Shown: in pieces, positions 1 through 10,371 of the stretch
Layout: every line of letters begins with the position of its first letter
How positions within the stretch are numbered: the stretch's first letter is position 1
Origin: Candidatus Altimarinota bacterium
Lineage (GTDB): Bacteria > Patescibacteriota > Gracilibacteria > BD1-5 > UBA2023
Assembly: GCA_024709505.1 (NCBI GenBank)
Contig: JANJWP010000005.1
Span: forward strand, 25,037-89,036
Reading direction: 5' to 3'
DNA: 64,000 nt
The notes under the pieces: model-generated
What the model was told of the DNA's origin: nothing
The model's database searches: none
What the model saw: only the letters and a program-made list of their open reading frames with translations
Translations under genes and position numbers: made by a program

Positions 1-3000
1 ATCTACGAATCCCACCGTGTCGTTCCGTATTGTCCGCGCTGCTCGACCCCGCTTTCCAACTTCGAGGTCAACCAGGGGTACGAAGACAAGCAGGACAAGG
101 CCGTCACCGTAAAGTTCAAGGTGAAGGATTCGGCTTCCAAATACGTGCTCGCGTGGACGACCACTCCGTGGACGCTCCCCGCGAACCTCGGCCTCGCCGT
201 CGGGACCGACATCGTCTACGCCGAGATCCGCGACAACGTCTCGGGCGATACCTACGTCCTCGCGAAAGACCGGCTTGGGACCTACTATAAGAATCCCGAA
301 GATTACGTCCTCGTTCGCGAATATCCGGGGTCGTGTTTGGTCGGTCTTGAATACGAACCGCTGTTCAACGAACCCCGGGAAATTTTTGAACTCGGCGAAC
401 TTCCCAAAGGACAAGAACTCGGCCGCAACGCCTACCGCGTCGTCTCCGGCCACCACGTCACCACCGAATCCGGTACGGGCGTCGTCCACATCGCTCCGGC
501 GTACGGCGAGGACGACTTCCAGATCGGCGTAAAGGAAGGCCTCGGATTCTTTTCGCACATCAATGCCACCGGCAACGTCGAAGGCCTCGGGTTCGGGGAA
601 GGGGAGTACGTCTTCGACTTCAACGAAACCGTCATCAAATACCTTAAAGACACGAAAGCGCTCGTCCACATCGGCTCGATCGACCATTCCTATCCGCACT
701 GCTACCGATGCAAGACCCCGCTCATTTACCGCGCGGTTTCGGCCTGGTACGTGAACGTGGAGAAGATCAAGGACGACATGCTGAAGTCCAACGCCAATAT
801 CAATTGGACCCCCGAACACATTAAAGAAGGCCGCTTCGGCAAATGGCTCGAAGGCGCCCGCGACTGGAACATTTCGCGCAACCGTTACTGGGGATCGGCG
901 ATTCCGGTTTGGAAATCGGAAGATGGCGACGCGATAGTCATAGGGTCCGTTGAAGAATTGGCCGAGCTTTCGGGCGGGCAAGTGGTGGAAAAAAACGGCG
1001 ATTTCATCTTTTCCGACACGGGAAAACCCGTCGATCTCCACAAGCATTTCGTTGATCAAATCGTCTTGAAAAAGAACGGGAAGGAATACCGCCGCGTTCC
1101 GGAAGTGCTCGATTGCTGGTTCGAATCGGGTTCGATGCCCTACGCGCAAAAACATTATCCGTTCGAAAACAAAGAACGCTTCGAAAAGGCCTTTCCGGCC
1201 GATTTCATCTGCGAAGGCCTCGACCAGACCCGCGGATGGTTCTACACGCTCGTCGTCCTTTCGGCGGCCCTCTACGGCCACGAACCGTTCAATAACGTCA
1301 TCGTCAACGGCATCATCCTCGCCGAAGACGGAAAGAAGATGTCGAAATCGCTTTCCAACTACCCCGATCCGATGCTTCTTTTAGAAAAGCACGGAGCCGA
1401 CGCGGTGCGGTTTTTCCTCATGAATTCGCCGGCCGTCCGCGCCGAAGAACTCCGCTTTTCGGAAGCGGGCGTGGAAGAAACCGTAAAAAAGGTCATCCTT
1501 CCGCTTTGGAACTCGCTTTCGTTCTTTACGACCTACGCCAACATCGACGGCTACGAGCCCGACGGAACCGAAATCCGTTTCGTCCGCCACGGGCAGACCG
1601 ACGCCAATCTCCATGGCCGGCTTTCGGACGGTTTCGAGAATTCGCCGCTCAATGCCACCGGAAGGGAACAGGCCCTCGCCGCAGGGCGCGAACTCGCCCT
1701 TCAGGGCGCGAAATTCGACCTCATCGTCGCTTCTCCGCTCGAACGCGCTTCGGAAACCGCTTCGATTATCGCCGAAGCGATCGGATATCCGCACGCCGAA
1801 ATCGTCTACGACGACGCTTTGGTCGAACGCAAGAGCGGAAAATATTCCGGAAAATTCCATACCGATATCGTCGAAGAGCATTTCCGGCTTACCGGAGAAC
1901 GTATCGAAGTCCGCCATTCTTCCAAGATTTGGGCGAACGACGAATCGGCCGAAACCATTCCCGACTACGTCGAACGCCACCGCCGGTGGCATGCCGATTT
2001 GGTCGAACGCCACAAGGGGAAAAGGATCCTCGTCGTCGCGCATGGGGGAACCTTCCGCGCTTTCAACCAAGTGCTTCGCGATCTCGATCACGAAGAAGCG
2101 TTCCGCGGAGTCCGTGGACTCCATAACTGCGAAATCGCCGAACTCCCGGTCCGCGTACTCGGCAATCCGCTCGACAAGTTCGTTTTAGGCGAACTCCAGA
2201 CCCTCGTCGCCAAAGTGAACGATTCCTTCGAATCCTACGACCTTCAAAAAGGCGCCCGCGCCATCGTGGAATTTTTGGACGACCTCACTAACTGGTACGT
2301 CCGCCGTTCGCGCCGCCGTTTCTGGGAAAACGGCATGACCGACGACAAAAAGAATGCCTACGATACCCTCCGCCGCGTCCTGATCGACGTTTCCAAAGTT
2401 CTCGCGCCGTTCGCGCCGTTCGTAAGCGAACACGTTTTCCGCGTGCTTACGGGAAAAGAGTCGGTCCACCTCGAACGTTTCCCGACGTTCGACCGAACCG
2501 CGGTTTCGACCGAACTCCTCTCGAACATGAAAAAGGCCAAAGACTTGGTCGCCCTCGGCCTCGCCGCCCGTTCCAAGGCGAAGATCCGCGTGCGCCAACC
2601 GCTTTCCAAGGTCGTCGTTGGCGAAAGCCTGCCCCAGTACTATCTCGATATCGTCCGTGACGAACTGAACGTAAAGGAAGTCGCCGTGGAAGACATGTCG
2701 AAGATCGCGAAAAAGGTCGTCAAACCCAACGCCCGGCTTATCGGTCCGAAATTTGGAAAAGACGTGCAGGCCGTGATTCTCGCGGCGAAATCCGGTGAAT
2801 TCAGCGAGCTCGAAGGAGGAAAAATCGCCGTAGGAGATTTCGTGCTCGAACCCGGAGAATTCGAAGTCGAATACGTTCCGCTTGCCGGTTCCGATTCGGG
2901 GTTCGCGGTCGAAGGCGGATACGGAACCGTCGTCGCCCTCGACGCCGTCGTTACCGACGAACTCCGTATTGAAGGCGTGGCCCGCGACCTCGTGCGCGTC

Positions 3001-3216
3001 ATTCAGGATTCCCGCAAAGAAGCCGGGTATTCGGTATCCGACCGGATTCGGCTTTCGCTCTCGGGCGAAGGCGCCGGATTGGTACTCGAAGCCCATAACG
3101 ACTATTTCGAAATTGAAACGCTCGCCGACTTGGTGGGCGAACTGCCGGATGCCGACATTGAGAAGGTTGCCGATACCGAACTCGGTTCGGTGACGGTGAG
3201 GGTGAAAAAGGCGTAA
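1..3216 (+). CDS. ileS: Isoleucine--tRNA ligase (type 2 IleRS), 5'-truncated by the window, with an inserted histidine-phosphatase domain
   Basis: Frame 1 is open from base 1 (IYESHRVVPYCPRCSTPLSNFEV). Motifs WTTTPWTLP, GTGVVHIAP, DWNISRNRYWG, GLDQTRGWFY and KMSKS; anticodon-binding domain NWYVRRSRRRFW; stop TAA. Confidence 0.97.
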   Translation: MYESHRVVPYCPRCSTPLSNFEVNQGYEDKQDKAVTVKFKVKDSASKYVLAWTTTPWTLPANLGLAVGTDIVYAEIRDNVSGDTYVLAKDRLGTYYKNPEDYVLVREYPGSCLVGLEYEPLFNEPREIFELGELPKGQELGRNAYRVVSGHHVTTESGTGVVHIAPAYGEDDFQIGVKEGLGFFSHINATGNVEGLGFGEGEYVFDFNETVIKYLKDTKALVHIGSIDHSYPHCYRCKTPLIYRAVSAWYVNVEKIKDDMLKSNANINWTPEHIKEGRFGKWLEGARDWNISRNRYWGSAIPVWKSEDGDAIVIGSVEELAELSGGQVVEKNGDFIFSDTGKPVDLHKHFVDQIVLKKNGKEYRRVPEVLDCWFESGSMPYAQKHYPFENKERFEKAFPADFICEGLDQTRGWFYTLVVLSAALYGHEPFNNVIVNGIILAEDGKKMSKSLSNYPDPMLLLEKHGADAVRFFLMNSPAVRAEELRFSEAGVEETVKKVILPLWNSLSFFTTYANIDGYEPDGTEIRFVRHGQTDANLHGRLSDGFENSPLNATGREQALAAGRELALQGAKFDLIVASPLERASETASIIAEAIGYPHAEIVYDDALVERKSGKYSGKFHTDIVEEHFRLTGERIEVRHSSKIWANDESAETIPDYVERHRRWHADLVERHKGKRILVVAHGGTFRAFNQVLRDLDHEEAFRGVRGLHNCEIAELPVRVLGNPLDKFVLGELQTLVAKVNDSFESYDLQKGARAIVEFLDDLTNWYVRRSRRRFWENGMTDDKKNAYDTLRRVLIDVSKVLAPFAPFVSEHVFRVLTGKESVHLERFPTFDRTAVSTELLSNMKKAKDLVALGLAARSKAKIRVRQPLSKVVVGESLPQYYLDIVRDELNVKEVAVEDMSKIAKKVVKPNARLIGPKFGKDVQAVILAAKSGEFSELEGGKIAVGDFVLEPGEFEVEYVPLAGSDSGFAVEGGYGTVVALDAVVTDELRIEGVARDLVRVIQDSRKEAGYSVSDRIRLSLSGEGAGLVLEAHNDYFEIETLADLVGELPDADIEKVADTELGSVTVRVKKA

Positions 3217-3218
3217 TT

Positions 3219-4109
3219 CTATCTTTCGCGTTTTCGGAGTTCCATAAACACCCCGAACCGCGCCTTCGGATCTTTGCGCGAACTAAAATAGCCTTTTTCG
3301 TGCCCTTCGCATACGGTGCAGAGCGAGAGGTCGTTGGTCCGCGCCTCCGAAATTCCCGATTTTTCGAGCGCCGCATGGATGAGCGCCGAAGAGTCGAGGA
3401 AGGTCCGTCCGCCCCGACCGACGATTCCAAAGTTCGGAGGGGTTCGGAGTTTCGACCAGAGCGGACGTATGCCCGTTGGTCCGCCGTTATTCTCGGGAAT
3501 TTTTCCGTTTATGAACGCTTCCCGAAACGTATCGAGTCAGAATTCGTAGCAGCACGACTTGGCAAAAGGGGAGACATAGGCTTCAAGGTCCTTCGAAACC
3601 TCGTTTCCAAAGATCGCCTTTACCGATTCCACTGTTTTTCCAACGATGTTTTTTGCCGTGCCTTTCCAACCGGAATGCACGAGCGCGATGAAATCAACGT
3701 TCGGATCCCGGTGCGAAAGTCCCACGATGGCGCAATCGGCGGGAGCGAAAAAGATTCCGACGTTATGATCGAGAGGTTTTTCCGAAACGAGAATGACCGA
3801 ATCCCGGTGTCCGGAATCGGTTTCGGTGGGTTTTCGGTCGTAAAAACCGATGGAGTTTTCGCGAACTGCCGGAGTCCAACCGCTATCAAGGGGATTCGAT
3901 GTCGATACGATGTCAACCGCATCGGTATGCATCGCCGGGTTCGGCAAAAACACGTCGCCTTCCAAAAACGAGCAATGAATCTGAATGATGTTTCCCACGC
4001 GTTCGCGAATGAGGCGCAGGCGTTCTTCGGGAACGCTTGACGCGGTGCGGGCGGGTTTCGGTACGCACGAGAAGACCGCGCGGCCGTTTTCGGATACGGC
4101 TTTCAGCAT
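3219..4109 (-). CDS. YfiH/PgeF (laccase-domain, purine nucleoside phosphorylase-like) family protein
   Basis: Motifs APADCAIV, VHSGWKGT, CCYEF*(G) and CTVC..YFSSR. One in-frame TGA (3537) joins the halves; stop TAG at 3219. Confidence 0.85.
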
Positions 4110-4202
4110 GGCGTTCAAAAATGCTAAGACGTCTTTTCTATACGGATGGACAGCGTTCTGTCAATCCCCAAGTTCAAAAACCGATTTTCCATTTTAAAAA
4201 TG

Positions 4203-4231
4203 AAAAATCCGCAACCGGAAAGGTTGCGGAT
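4203..4231 (-). terminator. Intrinsic terminator of the small gene 4249-4446
   Basis: Hairpin AATCCGCAACC-TTTCC-GGTTGCGGATT followed by a T-run on the minus strand. Confidence 0.75.
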
Positions 4232-4248
4232 TCGTGTGCCCTTTTGGG

Positions 4249-4446
4249 CTACCCCTGATACAGCGAGATCCCGTGGCGGGCCGCATAGCGGGGGATTTCT
4301 TCCGTCGGGGAACCGATGAAGTCGGCCAGCGTTTTGACGAACTCGTTGTTCGCCGCCACCATGCGCTGATGTTGGCGACGCTGCGAATTGCGTTGTTGCA
4401 AGCGTTTCTTCGCGATTTCTTCCGGCGTTTGTTTTTGTTGTGACAT
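4249..4446 (-). CDS. Small basic hypothetical protein (65 aa)
   Basis: MSQQKQTPEEIAKKRLQQ... is preceded by AAAAGGAGG, has its own TTGACA-16-TACCTT promoter (4501-4528) and a downstream terminator. Confidence 0.65.
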   Translation of the reverse strand: MSQQKQTPEEIAKKRLQQRNSQRRQHQRMVAANNEFVKTLADFIGSPTEEIPRYAARHGISLYQG

Positions 4447-4530
4447 GAGCAAACCTCCTTTTTCGTGTTGCGTTCGACTTCGTCACGATCGAACCCCCCT
4501 AAGGTATTTCGACCGCGAAAAATGTCAAGT

Positions 4531-5397
4531 TTATCATCCTATTGCGTTCCTTATGGGGGTAAGAACTCCGTTTTCGCATCGGCAAAGCGAAACGTAGTCT
4601 TTCGAATCGCGAACGAGAACGTCGTTCCCTTGGGGAATTCCTTCCGGCGATGCCATGGGGATGCCTGCCAAAAGGGTTTTAGCGGCTTCGTCCGATACCC
4701 GCAAAACGGGGAGCGAGGGGATGAGTTCCGATGGATCGACTCGGTTATGGACGCAAGCTTCGACAGGGGAAATCGCCCGGTCCACCGAGATGGGGCCTAT
4801 CGCGGTACGCCGGAGCATCGTCACGACCGCTCAAATTCCAAATTTAGCGCCAATATCCCGGGCGAGCGACCGGACGTAGGTTCCGGCCGAGACTTCGCAC
4901 GAAAAGGTTGCCGAAGGAAAGCTGAAATCTTCCAGTTCGAGCGAAAAAACCTCGACGTCCCGCTCTGGAATTTCGAAGTCGTCGCCCTTCCGAGCCATCC
5001 GGTAGGCGCGTTTTCCGTCGATTCGGAGGGCGCTGTACTTGGGGGGAACTTGCGAAATCCGTCCTCGAAAATCCGACAGTGCGCGCTTTAGTCCGCCTTC
5101 TCACATTTTCATTTTTGCGCCTTCGAGTGCGGACGCATCGATTTTTTGAGTTTCCGTTCCTAAATCGAGCGATTCCGAAACGTGCGAAAAATCCACCGTA
5201 AAACGGTAGCTTTTCCGATCATTTTCGAAGTAGGGAATGAGTTTGGTCGAACCGGCGCTTGCCACGATGAGAAGCCCGCTCGCGAGGGGGTCGAGCGTTC
5301 CCGTATGCCCGGCCTTTTTACATTCGAGCACGCGACGAACCTTGGCAACCGCGGCGAAACTCGAAATTCCTTCGGGCTTGTCGATAAGATGGAACAT
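4531..5397 (-). CDS. truB: tRNA pseudouridine(55) synthase
   Basis: Motifs IDKPEGISS, KAGHTGTLDPLASG, QVPPKYSA and VSAGTYVRSLARD. TGA at 5101, 4831 and 4534 read as Gly; stop TAA at 4531. Confidence 0.95.
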
Positions 5398-5403
5398 GCC
5401 GAT

Positions 5404-6072
5404 TTAGGTTTTTCGTATTTTTCCGATGGCCGTCACGGTGGTTGCCGTTTCGACCGCGGTATTTACCGCCGTCCCTACCGCGCTCTTGGCGGTCTCCAGA
5501 ACTTCTTCGAACGCGCCTTCGGCCGAACGCTCGAGCCGTTCGATTTCCCGACTGATGCGGACGAGGATGTCACGCGTTTCCTCGAACCGTATCCGCGAAT
5601 GGGCGATTGACCGCACTGCCACCGAATGGAGTGCGCCATAGGCGACTTCGGTTACCGCGGCAAGGGCGTCGGCAATCTTCAAAACCGCGAATTCCCGCGT
5701 TTTCGGTACCGATACTTTTCCGAAGCCGAGGGGAAACATATGGGCTTCAATGATGCTTATGGCATGAAGGTTCCGAAGCCCGACCTTCCGAGCGTTCCGG
5801 GCTGATTCGAGGCCGTGCTCGTAGCCTTTTACGCGCGTTTCGTGGAAATCGTGGAGAAGTCCCGCGAGAACGCAGGTTTCTACGTCGGCACGAAAGAGCT
5901 TTGCCAACCGCAAACAAAGCGAGGCCGTATGGATGAGGTGTTCGTGCCGGTTGAAAAAAAGGTGGTGTCGATGTCGGCGAAGCTTCGAGAACCGTTCGTG
6001 GGAAACGTAGGGCGCGATGATCTTCGAGAGTTCGTCACGGTCTTTTCCCCGGAGGAGAAAGAGGGAAAGCAT
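5404..6072 (-). CDS. HD-domain phosphohydrolase family protein
   Basis: H...GLLHDFH...HG...HMFP...AD motif pattern. Confidence 0.75.
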   Translation of the reverse strand: MLSLFLLRGKDRDELSKIIAPYVSHERFSKLRRHRHHLFFNRHEHLIHTASLCLRLAKLFRADVETCVLAGLLHDFHETRVKGYEHGLESARNARKVGLRNLHAISIIEAHMFPLGFGKVSVPKTREFAVLKIADALAAVTEVAYGALHSVAVRSIAHSRIRFEETRDILVRISREIERLERSAEGAFEEVLETAKSAVGTAVNTAVETATTVTAIGKIRKT

Positions 6073-6074
6073 GG

Positions 6075-6845
6075 TTATTTCGATGATTCGAGCTCCGGAT
6101 AATTCCAGGTTCTCGGAGTATCGAGAAGGCGGGGTTTTATTACCCAGCCGACGTCCTTGGCAATCTGGAAATGAAAGGGGACGATGCTGAAGGAATTGAA
6201 GATCTTAAAATACCCCACGTCGAGAAGCACTTTCCCTACGACGTCGGAACGTTTGAGATAGTGTCCGGTCGTTCCCGAGAGGCATGAACGGAAACACGAG
6301 CGTGAATCGGAAGAATTGTTCCGATTGTCGCCCATGGTGAAATAGTGCCCTTCCGGAACTTCGAATTTCGGATCGCGAACGTCGTTCGGAAGGAACGTGC
6401 GACCTTTGTTGAATGCCGAAAGATAGTCTTCGTTCAATTTGGCGGCTTCAAGCATTTCCGGAGTTTTCAGCCACACTTCACCATCCTTGAATTCGATCGT
6501 ATCGCCCGGAATTCCAACGACCCTTTTGATGTAGTATTCCTTGCCGTTCCCTGCATGGGGACGGACGATCACCACGTCGCCGCGCTTCGGATCGCCGACT
6601 TTCACCACGCCGAAATCGGCATAGGAGAACTTGTCTACGAGAATGAATTCCTTGTCGTGGTATGATTCTTCCATCGAATTCCCGCTGATTTGGAACGGGG
6701 AAGCCACGTATTCCCGAACGAACATTACGACGATGAGAATCACCGCAAGATCGCGGAAGAACGCGAGAGCTTCTTTTAGATGAAAGGTCTCGTTTTCGGA
6801 TTCTTTCGGTCGGATTTCGGGATTGTCGGTCGGTTCGGGAATCAT
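6075..6845 (-). CDS. lepB: Signal peptidase I
   Basis: N-terminal TM helix; SGNSM (catalytic Ser), YIKRVVGIPGD (catalytic Lys), MGDNRNNSSDSR. Confidence 0.95.
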   Translation of the reverse strand: MIPEPTDNPEIRPKESENETFHLKEALAFFRDLAVILIVVMFVREYVASPFQISGNSMEESYHDKEFILVDKFSYADFGVVKVGDPKRGDVVIVRPHAGNGKEYYIKRVVGIPGDTIEFKDGEVWLKTPEMLEAAKLNEDYLSAFNKGRTFLPNDVRDPKFEVPEGHYFTMGDNRNNSSDSRSCFRSCLSGTTGHYLKRSDVVGKVLLDVGYFKIFNSFSIVPFHFQIAKDVGWVIKPRLLDTPRTWNYPELESSK

Positions 6846-6892
6846 GTTGGATTTTATTGAAAGACCTTCTTTCGGAGGCGGGTCTCCCCGGA

Positions 6893-9652
6893 TTATTTTC
6901 CGTGGCAGGCTTTATATTTCTTTCCGCTTCCGCACGGACAGGGTTCGTTGCGTCCGACCTTCGGTACCGGAGTCCCGCTTGCTTGAGTCGGAGCCGGCGG
7001 ATTGGAAGCGTTTGCCACGCGCACGACCCGAACGCCCTCGGAGTCTTGGGGTTGGACGTCGAGCGCCGCCTTGAAGACGGCTTCGTCGGAGAGAAGGTTC
7101 ATAAGTCCTTCGGCGTTTCCGCTCGAAAGGCCGTCGAGCGCCCGTTCGAGTTTGGATTCGTCAATTTCCACCGGCTCGATAGGTTGCGATACGGTGGCGG
7201 TAAGGAGTCCCTTGGTAACCTTCCGTCCGATCTCTTCGATGAGCGTGACGAATTTGTCGTAGGCCTTCTCCTTATAGACGACGAGCGGCTGTTTTTGGGC
7301 GTATCCTTCGAAGGCGACTTCTTCCCGGAGATGCGCCATTTCGTCGATGTGACGCATCCAAAGTTCGTCGATCGATTGGAGCATGAGGCGCTTTTCGTAG
7401 TCGGCGAATTCGGCGGGGAATTCCGCCATTTTCGGCTCGAGCGCGCGGAGAAAGGCGTTTTTTATGATTTCCGTGATGACGGCGGAGTCGTCGGAAGTGA
7501 TTTCGTCTTCGGAGAGGACGTTCGTCCCGGCGTATTCCGCACATTCCGAAACGAGTTTTGCGGCGTCGATTTCATCGGCGTCGTTCCGAGAATTTTCCAC
7601 GAGGCGCTCCGAGAGTTCCGCGAAGGCGCGGACGACCTCTTCGTGGACATTTTCCTGCTCGAGAATGCGGTTCCGGCGTCCGTAGATGACGAGCCGGTGG
7701 TGATTGAGAACGTCGTCGTATTCGAGAATGTGCTTGCGGATGTCGAAATTCCGGCCTTCAACCTGCTTTTGAACGCCGGTAATGCGTTTGGTGAGGGTGC
7801 CCGATTCCGCGAGCGGCTCATCGTCGGGAATGCTCGCGAAGAGGGGGGAATTGAAGAGCGAAAAAATCCGGTCGCCGCCGAAAATGCGCATGATGTCGTC
7901 CTGGGGCGAAACCATGAACTGCGAAAGGCCGGGGTCACCCTGGCGCCCCGAACGACCGCGAAGCTGGTTGTCGATGCGACGGGTTTCGTGTTTTTCGGTG
8001 CCGATAACGTAGAGTCCCCCGAGTTCGTAGATTTGTTCGCCGACTTCGACCGTCCCCGATAACGACGCGACTTCTTCCGCGATCTTGATGTCGGTTCCGC
8101 GACCGGCCATGTTGGTCGCGATGGTGACGGCCCCCAATTGTCCGGCACGGGCGACGATTTCGGCTTCGCGCTCGTCTTGCTTGGCATTGAGGACTTCGTG
8201 GGGAATTCCGGCGCTTTGCAAGAGGGAAGAGAGGTATTCCGATTTCGCGACCGAAACCGTTCCCACGAGAATGGGCTGGCCCTTTTCGTGCAAGGCTTTG
8301 ATAAGCTTGACGACGTAGTCGTATTTTCCCTTCTCGTTTTTAAAGAGAAGATCCGATTTGTCCCTTCGGATGAGCGGGCGGTTGGTTGGAACGCAAACGA
8401 CCTCGAGGCCGTAGATCTTGTAGAATTCCTCTTCTTCGGTTTTGGCCGTACCGGTCATTCCGGAGAGCTTCTTATAGAGGCGGAAATAGTTTTGGAACGT
8501 GATTGACGCGAGCGTGCGCGATTCCTGTTGGATCTTGACGTTTTCCTTCGCTTCGATGGCCTGGTGCAGGCCATCGGAATACCGCCGTCCGGAAAGGACG
8601 CGGCCGGTGTGTTCGTCGATGATCATGACGTTTTCTTCGCGCACCAGATAATCGACGTCGCGCTTGTAGACGGCGTTGGCCTTGAGCGCGTTTTCGACGT
8701 GGTGGAGATCGTTGTAGTGCGCCGAAACGTAGATGTTGTCGATGCCGAGCATTTTTTCGATTTCGCCGATTCCAGCTTCGTTCAACGTGGCCGTCTTTTG
8801 TTTTTCGTCCACCTTGTAATGAACGTTTTCCTGAAGCTTTTTCGCGATGGCCGCGAATTTTACGTACTTGCTGGTCGGTTCGGAATCCGGGGCGCTGATG
8901 ATGAGCGGGGTTCGGGCTTCGTCTACGAGGATGGAGTCAACTTCATCGACGATGGCGTAGTACAAAGGCCCCATGACGCGGCGTTCGACGTTCGAGACCA
9001 TGTTGTCGCGAAGGTAGTCGAAACCGAGTTCGTTATTGGTCGCGTAGACGACGTTTGCGCGGTACATTTCGCGCTTTACGTCGGGTTGCTGGTGGTGGAC
9101 GATCACGCCGGTTTTGAGGCCGAGCGCTCCGTAGATGATTCCCATTTCCATCGCGTCGCGGCGGGCAAGGTAGTCGTTAACGGTAACGACGTGAACCGGA
9201 AGCCCGACGAGCGCGTTCAGATAGGCGGCGATGGTCGCGACGAGGGTTTTTCCTTCGCCGGTCTTCATTTCGGCGATGGAGCGGTCGTTCAAGGCCATGG
9301 CGCCGACGATTTGAACGTCGTAAGGAACCATGTTCCACACGACCTTCCGCCCGTCTTCGAGTTCGAATTCGCGGCCGTTTATCAAACGGCAGGCGATGCG
9401 GTGGACGGCAAGGGCTTCGTTTCGGATTTCCGCGAGGATTTCCTTAATCTTCGCGTAATCTTCCGCATTTTTATAATCCAATCCCTCGAACCGCGACAGG
9501 AATTCCCGGGTTTTCGCTTGAACGGCGTCGAGATCGGTCAACTCGCCCGAGAGCCGCGCTTCGTGCTCCTTTACGTCTTCGAGTTCGCGAAAATACTCTT
9601 TGAGACGCTTTTCGGTCGGGTCTCAGAAAAGGGCTTTGAGGAAGGGGTGCAT
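6893..9652 (-). CDS. secA: Preprotein translocase ATPase SecA
   Basis: Motifs [34 protein letters not shown] and C-terminal [23 protein letters not shown]. The N-terminus MHPFLKALF*(G)DP is recovered by reading TGA 9623 as Gly. Confidence 0.97.
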
Positions 9653-9870
9653 CGTTGAAGGATTGGATAAGCGTTCCGGCCTTGGTACGGAGTACGGGAA
9701 CGGGAAGCCGCGGTCGATAGAAAAAACTCCGGTTCTCGCCGGAAACGCGCAAATTATACGGATTTTTCGGGAAAAACAACGTTTTTAAAAGGAATGGATG
9801 TCGGATTTTCCGCGTTGATTTCCATGGATTTTCGTTACGCTTTTAAAAGTTGTCCGTGCCCTTTCGTTCC

Positions 9871-10311
9871 ATGTCCTCCGAAAATTCCAAAGAATCCTTC
9901 GAATTCGAATTGCGCCTCGACCCCAAAATGGAACCCCCGAAATTTTTTTCTTACGTCCGGGGGGTGATCGCCAAGAAGGTCACGAATTTCGAAGACCGCG
10001 TTCAGTCGGACGTTTCGGATATTTCCACGCGCCTCGTTCTTTTGCGGGACGCGCAATCGGCCTGAAAAGCTTTTGAAGTCCGGGTGTCCGAAGCCGAAAA
10101 CGTTGCCGGTTCGAAAAAACAGTCGCGCGAACTTACCGCCGCGATTTTGGAATTCAACGCCGCGATGAAGGAACTCGATTCGCGCCTCAAAGAGGAAATC
10201 CGCTTTCAGGAATCTCGCGGGGGCATATCGGAACCGGCGTTGCCGGAAGAAGACGATTTCCGCCTCCGTTCCGATGAGGCGATTCGCTTCCTTCGGGAAA
10301 ACGATTGGTAA
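9871..10311 (+). CDS. Hypothetical coiled-coil protein (146 aa)
   Basis: Two same-frame ORF pieces joined by TGA 10063; stop TAA followed by a hairpin. Confidence 0.6.
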
Positions 10312-10371
10312 AACCCCTCCACGGAAGGGGGGGGAGGGGTTAAAAAATGCCTTTTGCCTCTTTTGGGCAGG

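Noticed and set aside
1573-2145. Intein in ileS
   Set aside because: No Cys/Ser start, His-Asn end or LAGLIDADG motifs at the junctions. The insert carries histidine-phosphatase motifs instead.
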